DNA of 62,365 nucleotides from a virus (IMGVR_UViG_3300044632_002565:1-62365); one strand, 5' to 3'; numbered from the stretch's first letter, positions 9,069-18,172 are shown. Made by a program: numbers and translations. Notes: generated by a model from the letters alone, not told the origin.

Positions 9069-9135
9069 ATAGGTTAGTCACCCAACAAATTTCTTGTTGC
9101 TCACTAAACTCTATATGATAGTTCGTTGTTTTCAT
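9055..9135 (-). CDS. Putative leader peptide MKTTNYHIEFSEQQEICWVTNLCVVR (not in ORF track)
   Basis: 26 codons; TATTTAT 6 nt upstream; last codons form antiterminator arm. Confidence 0.65.
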   Translation of the reverse strand: MKTTNYHIEFSEQQEICWVTNLCVVR

Positions 9136-9186
9136 ACTAAAATAAATATATTCTTTTTCATAAAAGTGTCAAGTGTAGGGTGTCAA

Positions 9187-9402
9187 TTAGTGATTACCAT
9201 TTGTTAGTGAAACGCCATGTCTAAATCCTTGAATGAATAACTCAATTTCTTCTTCATTCATATTTTGATAAAATTCACCAACGGTTACTCCGACCTCATT
9301 GCCTAAATCGGAGATATCACCAATATATTTAATTTCCAACGCTTTTTCTTTTAAAGCATCGGTAATCGAAATCAAACTGACGGGCGAAAATAGTCTTTCC
9401 AT
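9187..9402 (-). CDS. Hypothetical protein
   Basis: 71-aa ORF directly after tRNA-Leu. Confidence 0.65.
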   Translation of the reverse strand: MERLFSPVSLISITDALKEKALEIKYIGDISDLGNEVGVTVGEFYQNMNEEEIELFIQGFRHGVSLTNGNH

Positions 9403-9412
9403 ATCTTTTTTT

Positions 9413-9501
9413 TGGTACCTGAGGCCGGAGTCGAACCGGCACGGACATTACTGTCCAAGAGATTTTAAGTCTCTCTTGTCTACCTATTTCAACACTCAGG
9501 T
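9413..9501 (-). tRNA. tRNA-Leu(TAA)
   Basis: AGAGA-CT TAA AA-TCTCT; long variable arm GGACA-GTAA-TGTCC; encoded CCA. Confidence 0.95.
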
Positions 9502-9527
9502 GATATTCAAAAATAGTAAAAAAAATT

Positions 9528-10253
9528 TTAGTTAGAAAATTTTTCTTCAAAAATTGTGTTGGTCACATTTTGTTCTACGTTCTCTATAAAATTGAGAGTA
9601 ATTTCTCGTGAGTTTAAATCAAACACAAATTCTCCTTGAGAGCCTTCGTTTATTTCCCAACCCCCATAATTGTTTGACAATTGTTGATAGCACCAATCTT
9701 CAACATTAGTAGGGACAGATAGATTATTCTCAAAGTTACTCTCTATATATCCACTATCGCCAGAACCATAAAACTTCAAAGTAAAAATTGAATCTCGTAT
9801 ATTTTCATTATTGGCCATTTCTATCACTGCACCAAAAAGTGGTTCAATTTCCTCTTCGTCGTCATATACCAATACCCGTGTATCTGATGTATCATAATAG
9901 GTGTAAAAATCAGATACTGATATAGTTTCAGTGATTGTATCTATTTCAATTTCAACTCTTCTATAATTTATATCATCTACATCGGGATTATCATCATACA
10001 AACCTTTTTCGTAAATAAAATTAAAAATTTTTGAGAATATTTCTTGTAATTCTTCAGTAACTTCAATTTTGAAATTATTTGAAAAAGATTTTATTTCAGA
10101 AAAATCAATGTCATTTATATCATATTCTTCAACATCAATTTCAATCAAACCGTCTTTCATTCCTAAGGCTCTGAAATATCTGGTATAAGACCTTAAATAT
10201 TTTTTATCTTCTAAGGATAATATTGATGGGAGGCTTTTTTTGTTTTTTTTCAT
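9528..10253 (-). CDS. DUF6878-like acidic protein
   Basis: FYGSGDSGYIE and YGGWEINEGSQGEFVFD. Confidence 0.65.
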   Translation of the reverse strand: MKKNKKSLPSILSLEDKKYLRSYTRYFRALGMKDGLIEIDVEEYDINDIDFSEIKSFSNNFKIEVTEELQEIFSKIFNFIYEKGLYDDNPDVDDINYRRVEIEIDTITETISVSDFYTYYDTSDTRVLVYDDEEEIEPLFGAVIEMANNENIRDSIFTLKFYGSGDSGYIESNFENNLSVPTNVEDWCYQQLSNNYGGWEINEGSQGEFVFDLNSREITLNFIENVEQNVTNTIFEEKFSN

Positions 10254-10274
10254 AAAAATAAATATATTAAATGT

Positions 10275-10853
10275 TCAATTCCAACTATTTTTATCGTAAC
10301 CAAAGATTTCGAAATCGGTTTTGAATTTTTCAAAAATGAATTTAGACAAGTCTTCATTATATTCTCTTTTCCAATAGTCACAATCTGTTTCTCTGTAATT
10401 ATTTTTTATAATATTTTCAAAAAATATTATTTGAAGATTATCATTAAAATTATTTTCTATAATTTTTATATCCATCAAATCATCATAAAGATTTTCAACT
10501 TTCACTAAATAATCAGGTTTTTTATTAAAGTTCAAATAAATTTTTGATAACCATAATTGATTGGGATTGGTGTTTGATTCTTCAGAATCATCTACAATCT
10601 TCCGTATCCAACTTTCAAATTTAAGAGTTGAATATATTTTTTCTTTTTTAATCATATCAAAAATTGATACAATCCTTTTATATGGATTATGAACATTCAT
10701 TATAAATGTATAATCATCACAACCTTGAATTATTTCTTCATTATGATTTTGAATTACGTCGAAGTCAAAATATTCCATAATTGGAGTACAAGACCTCGAA
10801 GCTGTACTCAAAGGAGTGAACCATAAAATTTTATGTCTGTGAGAATAATTCAA
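10275..10853 (-). CDS. Sulfotransferase family 2-like protein (divergent)
   Basis: NVHNPYKRIVS, DYLVKVENL, DFEIFGY; probable TTG start by alignment with 53824 paralog. Confidence 0.65.
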   Translation of the reverse strand: MNYSHRHKILWFTPLSTASRSCTPIMEYFDFDVIQNHNEEIIQGCDDYTFIMNVHNPYKRIVSIFDMIKKEKIYSTLKFESWIRKIVDDSEESNTNPNQLWLSKIYLNFNKKPDYLVKVENLYDDLMDIKIIENNFNDNLQIIFFENIIKNNYRETDCDYWKREYNEDLSKFIFEKFKTDFEIFGYDKNSWN

Positions 10854-11203
10854 TCTTCGAATTCTAATTTTACAGTTTTCAACATCCATATGGGTCTTTT
10901 ATTCTCGTTCAAATTGTTTATCCATTCCTTTGCCGAAGGTATATAGTTATTACAATCTTCTTTTACGTGTTGTTCGCCCACATAACGTGTATAAACAGTT
11001 TTTCCATCTGAGTTTTTGAACTCGGTTCCAAACCTTTTTTCCATCTCAAAAATACCCTCAGAATGATGTCTGAACATTCTATGAAGTGAATCTCCAAACC
11101 AACTTTTTGTTTCGTCTAACCATTCGTGGAGGTGGATATAATCTTCGGGTTTCCCACCGAATTTCTTGGCTGAACTTTTTGCGTGTAGATTCGGATGTGC
11201 CAT
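10850..11203 (-). CDS. DUF6915-like His-rich protein
   Basis: MAHP..HAKSSAKKFGG..EDY..LH.W.D, HRMFRHHSEGIF, EQHVKED. Confidence 0.75.
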   Translation of the reverse strand: MAHPNLHAKSSAKKFGGKPEDYIHLHEWLDETKSWFGDSLHRMFRHHSEGIFEMEKRFGTEFKNSDGKTVYTRYVGEQHVKEDCNNYIPSAKEWINNLNENKRPIWMLKTVKLEFED

Positions 11204-11229
11204 ACTCAGTTTTTATATGATTCAGTTTG

Positions 11230-11302
11230 AGCCAGAGACAGGAATCGAACCTGCGACATACTGATTACAAATCAGTTGCTCTACATGCTGAGCTACTCGG
11301 GC
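11230..11302 (-). tRNA. tRNA-Thr(TGT)
   Basis: ACTGA-TT TGT AA-TCAGT; one acceptor mismatch; D-loop lacks GG. Confidence 0.85.
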
Positions 11303-11306
11303 GAAG

Positions 11307-11380
11307 CGTCCTCTCAAGGGCTCGAACCTTGGACCTAGTGATTAACAGTCACTCGCTCTAACCGACTGAGCTAAGAAGAC
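11307..11380 (-). tRNA. tRNA-Asn(GTT)
   Basis: AGTGA-CT GTT AA-TCACT; G73. Confidence 0.93.
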
Positions 11381-11385
11381 GTTTG

Positions 11386-11459
<74 letters not shown>

Positions 11460-11508
11460 GTTTCACAAAAGTAAGAAATTTTATTTGAAAAATAAGTGTT
11501 AGTAAAAA

Positions 11509-12264
11509 TTATTGGATGTCCCAAAATTTCTTTCTCTTATCTATGTTGGATTGAATTTTTTCCAATTGAGCGTTAAATTGACGAATTTTACTATCTATAA
11601 CTCTTTTCTTCGCCTCCAAAAATTCCCAATAATCTTTTCCCTCTTGTCTGAATCTAGCTCTATCTACATTTGTTAATTCGTCGGAATATAATTTAGGTCT
11701 TCCTCTTTTAATATCTCTTGTTGTTGGTTCAATTTGTTGAACTGAGGGTTGTTGAATTTGTTGTGGTTGGGTTTCTGTTTTAGTAATAGTAGTAATTGGT
11801 TCTGTGGGTTCAGGTTTGACCCTTCTGATAACTCTAATGCTTGGGTCATTTAGGTCAATTCTCGGTTTGTTTTTTGACCCTGGGGGTCTTCCTCTTCTCT
11901 TACCTATTGTATCTTGTATTTCATTTTTAAGATAATTTGTAATCTTGGTTTTTACAATTGGAAATCTTTCCATTGCAGTTTTTATAAAATTTTGAGCGTC
12001 TCTTTGACTCAAACTATTTAAAAAACTATCAATATAGTCCGTGGCCAAAATGATATCATCGTTAGATTTTGTAGATTTTGTTGTGTTTGTTGATAACCAT
12101 CTTTTAAATTCATCAAACATTGGAAGAGACGCAATTTTCACAGGGTTATCAATTGTGCTATCTAAAATCCAACCACCCATGTTTGAAGCAACCCAATTGA
12201 ATTTTTCATCTGAGTAATACCTGGCTTCGTTTATGTAGTCCTGAAAATAATTTAAAAATCTCAT
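11509..12264 (-). CDS. AT-hook protein with C-terminal coiled coil
   Basis: KRRGRPPGSKNKP and KRGRPK. Confidence 0.75.
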   Translation of the reverse strand: MRFLNYFQDYINEARYYSDEKFNWVASNMGGWILDSTIDNPVKIASLPMFDEFKRWLSTNTTKSTKSNDDIILATDYIDSFLNSLSQRDAQNFIKTAMERFPIVKTKITNYLKNEIQDTIGKRRGRPPGSKNKPRIDLNDPSIRVIRRVKPEPTEPITTITKTETQPQQIQQPSVQQIEPTTRDIKRGRPKLYSDELTNVDRARFRQEGKDYWEFLEAKKRVIDSKIRQFNAQLEKIQSNIDKRKKFWDIQ

Positions 12265-12321
12265 AAAAATTTATTTATAAATATATCAAAATTTGATATT
12301 TATTAACATAAATAGATTTCG

Positions 12322-12405
12322 ATGAGTCTTTTGGATTTCAAGAAAACTTATGAGAACATGGTGATTATGAGACGTGGAAAATCTCGAACCATAAACATAA
12401 CTTAA
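12322..12405 (+). other. 27-codon micro-ORF or small RNA between a TATTTAT motif and a terminator
   Basis: MSLLDFKKTYENMVIMRRGKSRTINIT; hairpins; terminator GGGGTCAA/TTGACCCC at 12424-12455. Confidence 0.4.
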
Positions 12406-12491
12406 ACTATTCAATATTTAAGGGGGGTCAAAATTGTTGACCCCTTTGTTTTTTTAATAATTTGACTTAAATTTGTTTAAATTTTTTTATT

Positions 12492-12980
12492 ATGAGCCAC
12501 GTGTTGGTTTTGAATTATGATTATACTCCTTTGAATGTAACCTCTGTACAACGAGGGTTTATACTTGTTGATAAAGGTAAAGCGGAGATTGTAAAATCAG
12601 ATGAAAATCCACTTGTTTCAGGATACAAAACTTATGTTCGTCCAGTAATTATTCGTTTGCTCCGATACATAAGGCATTACACACGACAACTAAGAGCAAA
12701 CAGAAATAGAATTTATAAAAGAGATGGATATGAGTGTGTTTATTGTGGCTCGAGTAAAAATTTAACTTTGGACCACGTCATTCCAAAATCAAGAGGTGGT
12801 TCGAATGGTTGGACTAATTTGGTAACTTCTTGTCAAAAATGCAACCTCAAAAAAGCCGACAAAACACCAGAAGAAGCTAGAATGAAACTTCGTCACGTAC
12901 CTTTTGCTCCAACCCTTGTGAATGAAAACGTTACCCTTTCTAAAATTTGGAATGATTTTCAAAATACCTTCGTTTATTAA
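12492..12980 (+). CDS. HNH endonuclease
   Basis: VLVLNYDYTPL, RDGYECVYCG, LTLDHVIPKSRGG, NLVTSCQKCNLKK. Confidence 0.92.
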   Translation: MSHVLVLNYDYTPLNVTSVQRGFILVDKGKAEIVKSDENPLVSGYKTYVRPVIIRLLRYIRHYTRQLRANRNRIYKRDGYECVYCGSSKNLTLDHVIPKSRGGSNGWTNLVTSCQKCNLKKADKTPEEARMKLRHVPFAPTLVNENVTLSKIWNDFQNTFVY

Positions 12981-12996
12981 AAAAAATTATTAAATT

Positions 12997-13296
12997 ATGA
13001 ATATGATTTCTCAAAAAAATTTAACGATTGTTTCTGTCATATTATTTTCATTACTTATTATGACATTGATTACTCTAAACAAGGGTACCTCTGTGATTGC
13101 AGAGAAAACAAAAGAATTAGAAAAAAATAAACTTGAATTGTATAATTTACAAAAAGTTTGTGATTCTCTTTATGACGAAAATTTCCCTTGTCAAATTGAA
13201 TTGGGGCGATATCAAGTAGCTTATCAAATTTTTATGGAAAGAAATCCTAAAGCCGCGTCACAATATGGTGACATAATCTCAGAAGAAACAGAATAA
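12997..13296 (+). CDS. Membrane-anchored coiled-coil protein
   Basis: N-terminal TM followed by heptads. Confidence 0.6.
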   Translation: MNMISQKNLTIVSVILFSLLIMTLITLNKGTSVIAEKTKELEKNKLELYNLQKVCDSLYDENFPCQIELGRYQVAYQIFMERNPKAASQYGDIISEETE

Positions 13297-13297
13297 T

Positions 13298-13564
13298 ATG
13301 GAACAAGAATCAAACACTAACATTCCTGAGCAACAAACCTCTGTTACAAACACAGACCCCTCACTCTTATTTGCAAAAGCTTTGTCTTTTATTTTGAAAA
13401 ACGGTGAAGGTATCGTGGTTGATACAAATAGCGAAGTAAATTTTTCTGAAGAAGTGAAAAAAGTAATTGTTTTCAAATTCTCAGATAAAATTCACATCTA
13501 TAAATGTGATGAAGATATTCCTGAGGGAACTGCAGTACATTTAGAACAAGAGGAGGAAAATTAA
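13298..13564 (+). CDS. Hypothetical protein
   Basis: In-operon ORF. Confidence 0.65.
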   Translation: MEQESNTNIPEQQTSVTNTDPSLLFAKALSFILKNGEGIVVDTNSEVNFSEEVKKVIVFKFSDKIHIYKCDEDIPEGTAVHLEQEEEN

Positions 13565-13568
13565 AAAT

Positions 13569-15236
13569 ATGAAAGTCTTAGGTTTTTCTAATGGCCACGA
13601 CAAAGGAGCGGTCATAATTGAAGACGGTAGAATACTTGTCGGTATAACACAAGAAAGATTATCGAGAATTAAACACGATGGGGCATACCAAGGTGGAAAA
13701 ATACCCTTTGAGTCAATAAATTATTGTCTGAACGCTATAGGTTGTTCAATTAGGGAAATTGATTATTTTGTTTATAGTACCACTGAAAATATTGATGACG
13801 TCGAAGACCAATTTTTTTCAAAATTCTCACATGTGAGTAGAGAAAAAATTCAATTCATTCCTCATCATTTAGCACACGCATACTCAAGTTTTTTCAGTTC
13901 GGGATATGATGAAGCAGCTGTTGTTGTGGCCGATGCCTCAGGTAGTATAATCACTTATAAAAATAAAACTCATGAGTGGTATGACCCTAAAAAATGGGAT
14001 TTAAATCCTGATTTTGATTGGGCCGAGGGAATTTCAATTTTACATCTAAAAAAGGATTCTTACGAAGAACATTATAAAAGATGGGTGAAGTTTCCTGTTC
14101 CATGGAACACAAATGAAGAAACATCTTTAGGTACCATGTATTCTGAAGGTACATTACAACTTGTGTATGAACCTTCGAACCATACTTGGAGTGCCGGTAA
14201 ACTAATGGGATTAGCTTCTTATGGGGACCCAAAATTAGTTTCAGAAGCACCAGATTTTGTTAAAGAGATTGATGGAGAATTATCTATTCTCAATAACAGT
14301 ATTTACCCAAAAGTTAAATGGTCATCTGATTTCTTTTCTCGGTCAGTTGCTGCCGGAATTTATCAAAGGGAACAAGAAAGAGCTTCTTTGATTTTAGCTA
14401 AAATGGCTAAAAATATGACCAATTCCAATAACATTTGTGTGGCCGGAGGGTCTTTTCTAAATTGTAATTCAAATGAGCTTATTTTGAAATCAGGTTTGTA
14501 TGAAAATTGTTTTTTCTTACCTCCTGCCGATGATAGCGGTATTCCCCTCGGGTGTGCTTGGTACGCATATCAAAAAATGACTGAAATAAAAAATACAACA
14601 AAAATTTCACCTTATTTCGGAAGACCATACCACAAAAATGAAATTATATCCGCTTTAAATGAATACCCTGAGTTAGATTTTAAAGAATATAAAGATTTCA
14701 ATGAGTTGGTTGAACAAGTTACTTATTGGTTGACACAAAATAGAGTCATTGGATGGTTTCAAGATGGTTCTGAAATAGGTCCCAGAGCCTTGGGTAACAG
14801 GTCAATTATTGCATCACCAATTACAAAATGGATGTGTGGCCACATAAATGCCGACATTAAAGGAAGAGAGTGGTATCGTCCTTTCGCTCCAGCAGTTCTC
14901 TACGAGTATCAAAGTGAAATATTTGATATGGATTATTTATCTCCACATATGTTAGTGACAACAACTGTGAAGGAATCTTGGAGAGAAAAAATACCCTCAG
15001 TTGTCCATGTAGATAATTCAGCAAGAATTCAGTCCGTTACGGAAAAAAATAATTATAAATTTTATACCCTTATTAAAAGTTTTTATGAAAAAACTCAGGT
15101 TCCTGTACTTTTAAACACAAGTTTTAACGGACCGAGTGAACCAATTGTGGAAACTCCAAATGACGCAATAAAAACTTTTATAAATTGTAATTTAAATTAT
15201 TTGGTACTGAATAATTTTTTAATTTGGAAAAACTAA
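13569..15236 (+). CDS. Carbamoyltransferase (NodU/CmcH/TobZ family) 1
   Basis: GHD, ERLSRIKH, HHLAHA, GKLMGLASYG, EIGPRALGNRS, RPFAP, LLNTSFN. Confidence 0.92.
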   Translation: MKVLGFSNGHDKGAVIIEDGRILVGITQERLSRIKHDGAYQGGKIPFESINYCLNAIGCSIREIDYFVYSTTENIDDVEDQFFSKFSHVSREKIQFIPHHLAHAYSSFFSSGYDEAAVVVADASGSIITYKNKTHEWYDPKKWDLNPDFDWAEGISILHLKKDSYEEHYKRWVKFPVPWNTNEETSLGTMYSEGTLQLVYEPSNHTWSAGKLMGLASYGDPKLVSEAPDFVKEIDGELSILNNSIYPKVKWSSDFFSRSVAAGIYQREQERASLILAKMAKNMTNSNNICVAGGSFLNCNSNELILKSGLYENCFFLPPADDSGIPLGCAWYAYQKMTEIKNTTKISPYFGRPYHKNEIISALNEYPELDFKEYKDFNELVEQVTYWLTQNRVIGWFQDGSEIGPRALGNRSIIASPITKWMCGHINADIKGREWYRPFAPAVLYEYQSEIFDMDYLSPHMLVTTTVKESWREKIPSVVHVDNSARIQSVTEKNNYKFYTLIKSFYEKTQVPVLLNTSFNGPSEPIVETPNDAIKTFINCNLNYLVLNNFLIWKN

Positions 15237-15237
15237 A

Positions 15238-16833
15238 ATGAGTAGAATTTACGGTATGTTCACCGGCTCGCATAGCCCGTGTATAGCTTACTTAGAAGAT
15301 GGAGAAATAATTTTTTCTTTAGAGGAAGAACGTTTGACCAGAATAAAGGCTGGTGATAATTTTGACATTCAAGCTGAACTTTGTTTGAATAGAGCTGAAA
15401 TAGAAACAAAAATCAAATTTCATGAAGCCGATTACAGAGTAATAGCTCAACCTGTACCTGATGAATTTTTGAGAAAAATTTCCAAAGGACAACCTTACGA
15501 AAGAGTAAGTCATCACACCGCTCATGCCTACGGTGCTTATTTTACAAGTGGACTCGAAGGTAAAGCAATTACAATAACTTACGACGGGGGTGGTCAAGAA
15601 TCTGTAATGAAAATTTTTTTATGTGAAGATGGAAAAATGACTTTAATAAAAAATATACCATACGCAGGTTTTGGTAGTTTATCTCATTTATGGGGTTTCA
15701 GCACATCTAGCATGAGAGGTTACGATGAATACAACGAAGGGAAATGGAAAATGTGTAAAGATGAGGGAAAACTTATGGGAATGGCCCCTGATGGGTTTTA
15801 CGATGAAAAAATTTATAAAATTTTGAATTCATTGGTGAATTATGAAAATTTAAGATTTTTTCCTTCAGGAACCGCGTCAAAAACACAATTTGTTTGTGAC
15901 ATGATGTTTGAAGATGGCTTTTTTGAAAGTCAAATGAACAAAGAAATTTTTTGTTTCAATCTTCAAAAATTGACAAATGACTTGATGTTGAGATTCATAA
16001 ATGATTTACATAACTTATATCCTGAATATACAAAACTTTGTTTTGCTGGTGGCCTTTTTGCAAATGTGAAACTGAATCAACACATAAACGAATTACCTTG
16101 GGTTGATGAGGTTTATATTTTACCACCTATGGGTGATGAGGGATTAGCATTAGGTGCTGCAATATATAAGGCTGTAGAGATTGGTGAGTGGTCCAAACCG
16201 AGACGTCTAAAAAATGTTTTTTTTGGTTCAAAATACTCTGAAGAAAAAATTCAAAGGTCATCAACTTATTATAATTTCAAAAGAAAAGAATATGATGTAA
16301 AAGAGATGGCAAAAAAAATTGCCGATGGTAAAATAGTCGGATGGTTTAATGGAGGTTCTGAATTAGGTCCTAGAGCTTTGGGTGCGAGAAGTATCTTAGT
16401 GAAACCTACGGACAAAGAAACCCATAAAATTCTAAACGGAAGACTTAAAAGATATGATACAATGCCCTTTGCACCAATTGTTATGTCTGAACATTTTGAT
16501 GAAATTTTCACCTGTTCAAAATCAAAGTATACCGCAGAATTCATGACTATGTGTTATTCAACAAAAGAGGAATGGATTGACAAAATTCCAGCAGTAATCC
16601 AAAAATCGGACAAAACAGCAAGACCTCAAATTGTGGTAAAAGAGTCAAATCCAAAGTTTTGGGAAATCTTGAATGAATTTTATTTGATAACAGGTATTCC
16701 TGTTCTTTTAAACACATCATTCAATTCTCACAACGAGCCGATTGTTGAACATCCTCGTCATGCCTTTGATTCTTTACAAAAAAAAATAATAGATGAACTC
16801 ATATTAGAAGATTATGTATATTACTCTGAATAA
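15238..16833 (+). CDS. Carbamoyltransferase (NodU/CmcH/TobZ family) 2
   Basis: EEERLTRIK, HHTAHA, DGGG, EGKLMGMA, ELGPRALGARS, LLNTSFN. Confidence 0.92.
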   Translation: MSRIYGMFTGSHSPCIAYLEDGEIIFSLEEERLTRIKAGDNFDIQAELCLNRAEIETKIKFHEADYRVIAQPVPDEFLRKISKGQPYERVSHHTAHAYGAYFTSGLEGKAITITYDGGGQESVMKIFLCEDGKMTLIKNIPYAGFGSLSHLWGFSTSSMRGYDEYNEGKWKMCKDEGKLMGMAPDGFYDEKIYKILNSLVNYENLRFFPSGTASKTQFVCDMMFEDGFFESQMNKEIFCFNLQKLTNDLMLRFINDLHNLYPEYTKLCFAGGLFANVKLNQHINELPWVDEVYILPPMGDEGLALGAAIYKAVEIGEWSKPRRLKNVFFGSKYSEEKIQRSSTYYNFKRKEYDVKEMAKKIADGKIVGWFNGGSELGPRALGARSILVKPTDKETHKILNGRLKRYDTMPFAPIVMSEHFDEIFTCSKSKYTAEFMTMCYSTKEEWIDKIPAVIQKSDKTARPQIVVKESNPKFWEILNEFYLITGIPVLLNTSFNSHNEPIVEHPRHAFDSLQKKIIDELILEDYVYYSE

Positions 16834-17458
16834 TGAACAAATAGTTTTCAACACAAATCCAAGTGTCCATGTAAGGGTTGCTGGTCCTGACAAATTATAT
16901 TACGTTGAGTTGAGAGAGTATAAAAAGAATGAGGACCAATCTTTATATGTAGAAGGTTATAAAATATCTTCTGGTTCTTATCCAAGATGGAGGGTAGATT
17001 TCACTTGTCCAATAGAATTTTACTATGATTTTGAAGTACAAATTTACAAATATGTACCAGATTACGGAATGTCTAAAATATTTGTTCACAGATTTAATGA
17101 TTACGGTAAACACGTTTTATTCAATTTAGTGACAGAAGACAAAGATGAAGCATTTTTGTGGACTGAAAGAGTAAAGGTTTATCAAAAAATACATGGATGT
17201 AAGGTAGTTTTGAATTCCAAGTTTGATGAAATCAATAAAATGTTCGGAGATTATTATTCAACTTATGGAATAGATTTTTACAAAACTTATAACATAGGTA
17301 GATTTCCTAAAACCTCAACTGACTTCAGAACTTTAGACCACAGAATGGAAGGAGTAATCTGGTATGGAAATTGGAAAACATTTTGGTCTTATCAACATCC
17401 AAGATTATGGAAAAATCTTTCAAGTCAGCAAATTGCTGATGATATTTTGGGTCTGTGA
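16814..17458 (+). CDS. Protein resembling N-terminal half of Aah/TibC-like heptosyltransferases
   Basis: YQKIHGCKVV, YKTYNIG, QQIADDILGL pattern; lacks C-terminal GT domain. Confidence 0.45.
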   Translation: MYITLNNEQIVFNTNPSVHVRVAGPDKLYYVELREYKKNEDQSLYVEGYKISSGSYPRWRVDFTCPIEFYYDFEVQIYKYVPDYGMSKIFVHRFNDYGKHVLFNLVTEDKDEAFLWTERVKVYQKIHGCKVVLNSKFDEINKMFGDYYSTYGIDFYKTYNIGRFPKTSTDFRTLDHRMEGVIWYGNWKTFWSYQHPRLWKNLSSQQIADDILGL

Positions 17459-17494
17459 CTTTTTTTTATTATTTTTGTTACAAATTTAATACAT

Positions 17495-18172
17495 ATGTAC
17501 TTGGAAAATGAGTTTTCAAACTATTACACAAAACACCTTGGTAAAGGTTCTTTGGACTTGCATTATTTTGGTGAACAAATTAAATCTTCAATGACCCCTT
17601 ACATCCTTGAAGAAAGAGAAATGAGGGCAACACAAATTGATATCTTTTCTAGATTGATGAGAGATAGAATTATTTGGGTTGCTGGTCCGGTTGATGACAG
17701 AATGTCAACTATAGTTCAAGCTCAACTTATGTTCTTGGATAATTCAGATAAGACAGATATCACCATGCACATAGATTCACCTGGAGGTTCTGTCAAAAGT
17801 GGTTTATCAATGGTTGATGTCATGCAATATATCTCTTGTGATATTAGGACAGTCAATACTGGAATGGCCGCTTCTATGGGTTCCGTATTGTTAGGTGCTG
17901 GTACTAAGGGAAAAAGAGCCTCCCTACGGTTTTCAAAAACAATGTTACATCAAACCTCAGGGGGTGCTGGTGGTAATATTCAAGATGCTAGAATCAACTT
18001 CATAGAATGGGAAAAAACCAATAAAATTTTATTCGAACTTTTAGCAGACTTTTGTGGTAAAACTGCAATTCAAGTTACTGAAGATGCTCAACGCGATTTT
18101 TGGCTTTCTGCAGAAGAAGCGGTTGAATATGGTATTATTGATGAGGTAGTTAAAACAAAAAAGAAGGGTTAA
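17495..18172 (+). CDS. clpP: ATP-dependent Clp protease proteolytic subunit
   Basis: DIFSRLMRDRII, IDSPGGSV, catalytic AASMG, MLHQ, RDFWLSAEEAVEYG. Confidence 0.97.
   Translation: MYLENEFSNYYTKHLGKGSLDLHYFGEQIKSSMTPYILEEREMRATQIDIFSRLMRDRIIWVAGPVDDRMSTIVQAQLMFLDNSDKTDITMHIDSPGGSVKSGLSMVDVMQYISCDIRTVNTGMAASMGSVLLGAGTKGKRASLRFSKTMLHQTSGGAGGNIQDARINFIEWEKTNKILFELLADFCGKTAIQVTEDAQRDFWLSAEEAVEYGIIDEVVKTKKKG

Noticed and set aside
7665-9550. Track ORFs 7665, 7953, 9299, 9329 and N-terminal extensions of 8037 and 6282
   Set aside because: They read through tRNA genes or are antisense shadows
12297-12980. IscB/HEARO-type RNA-guided HNH
   Set aside because: Protein is 162 aa with no RuvC or PLMP segments; upstream unit is short and separated by a terminator
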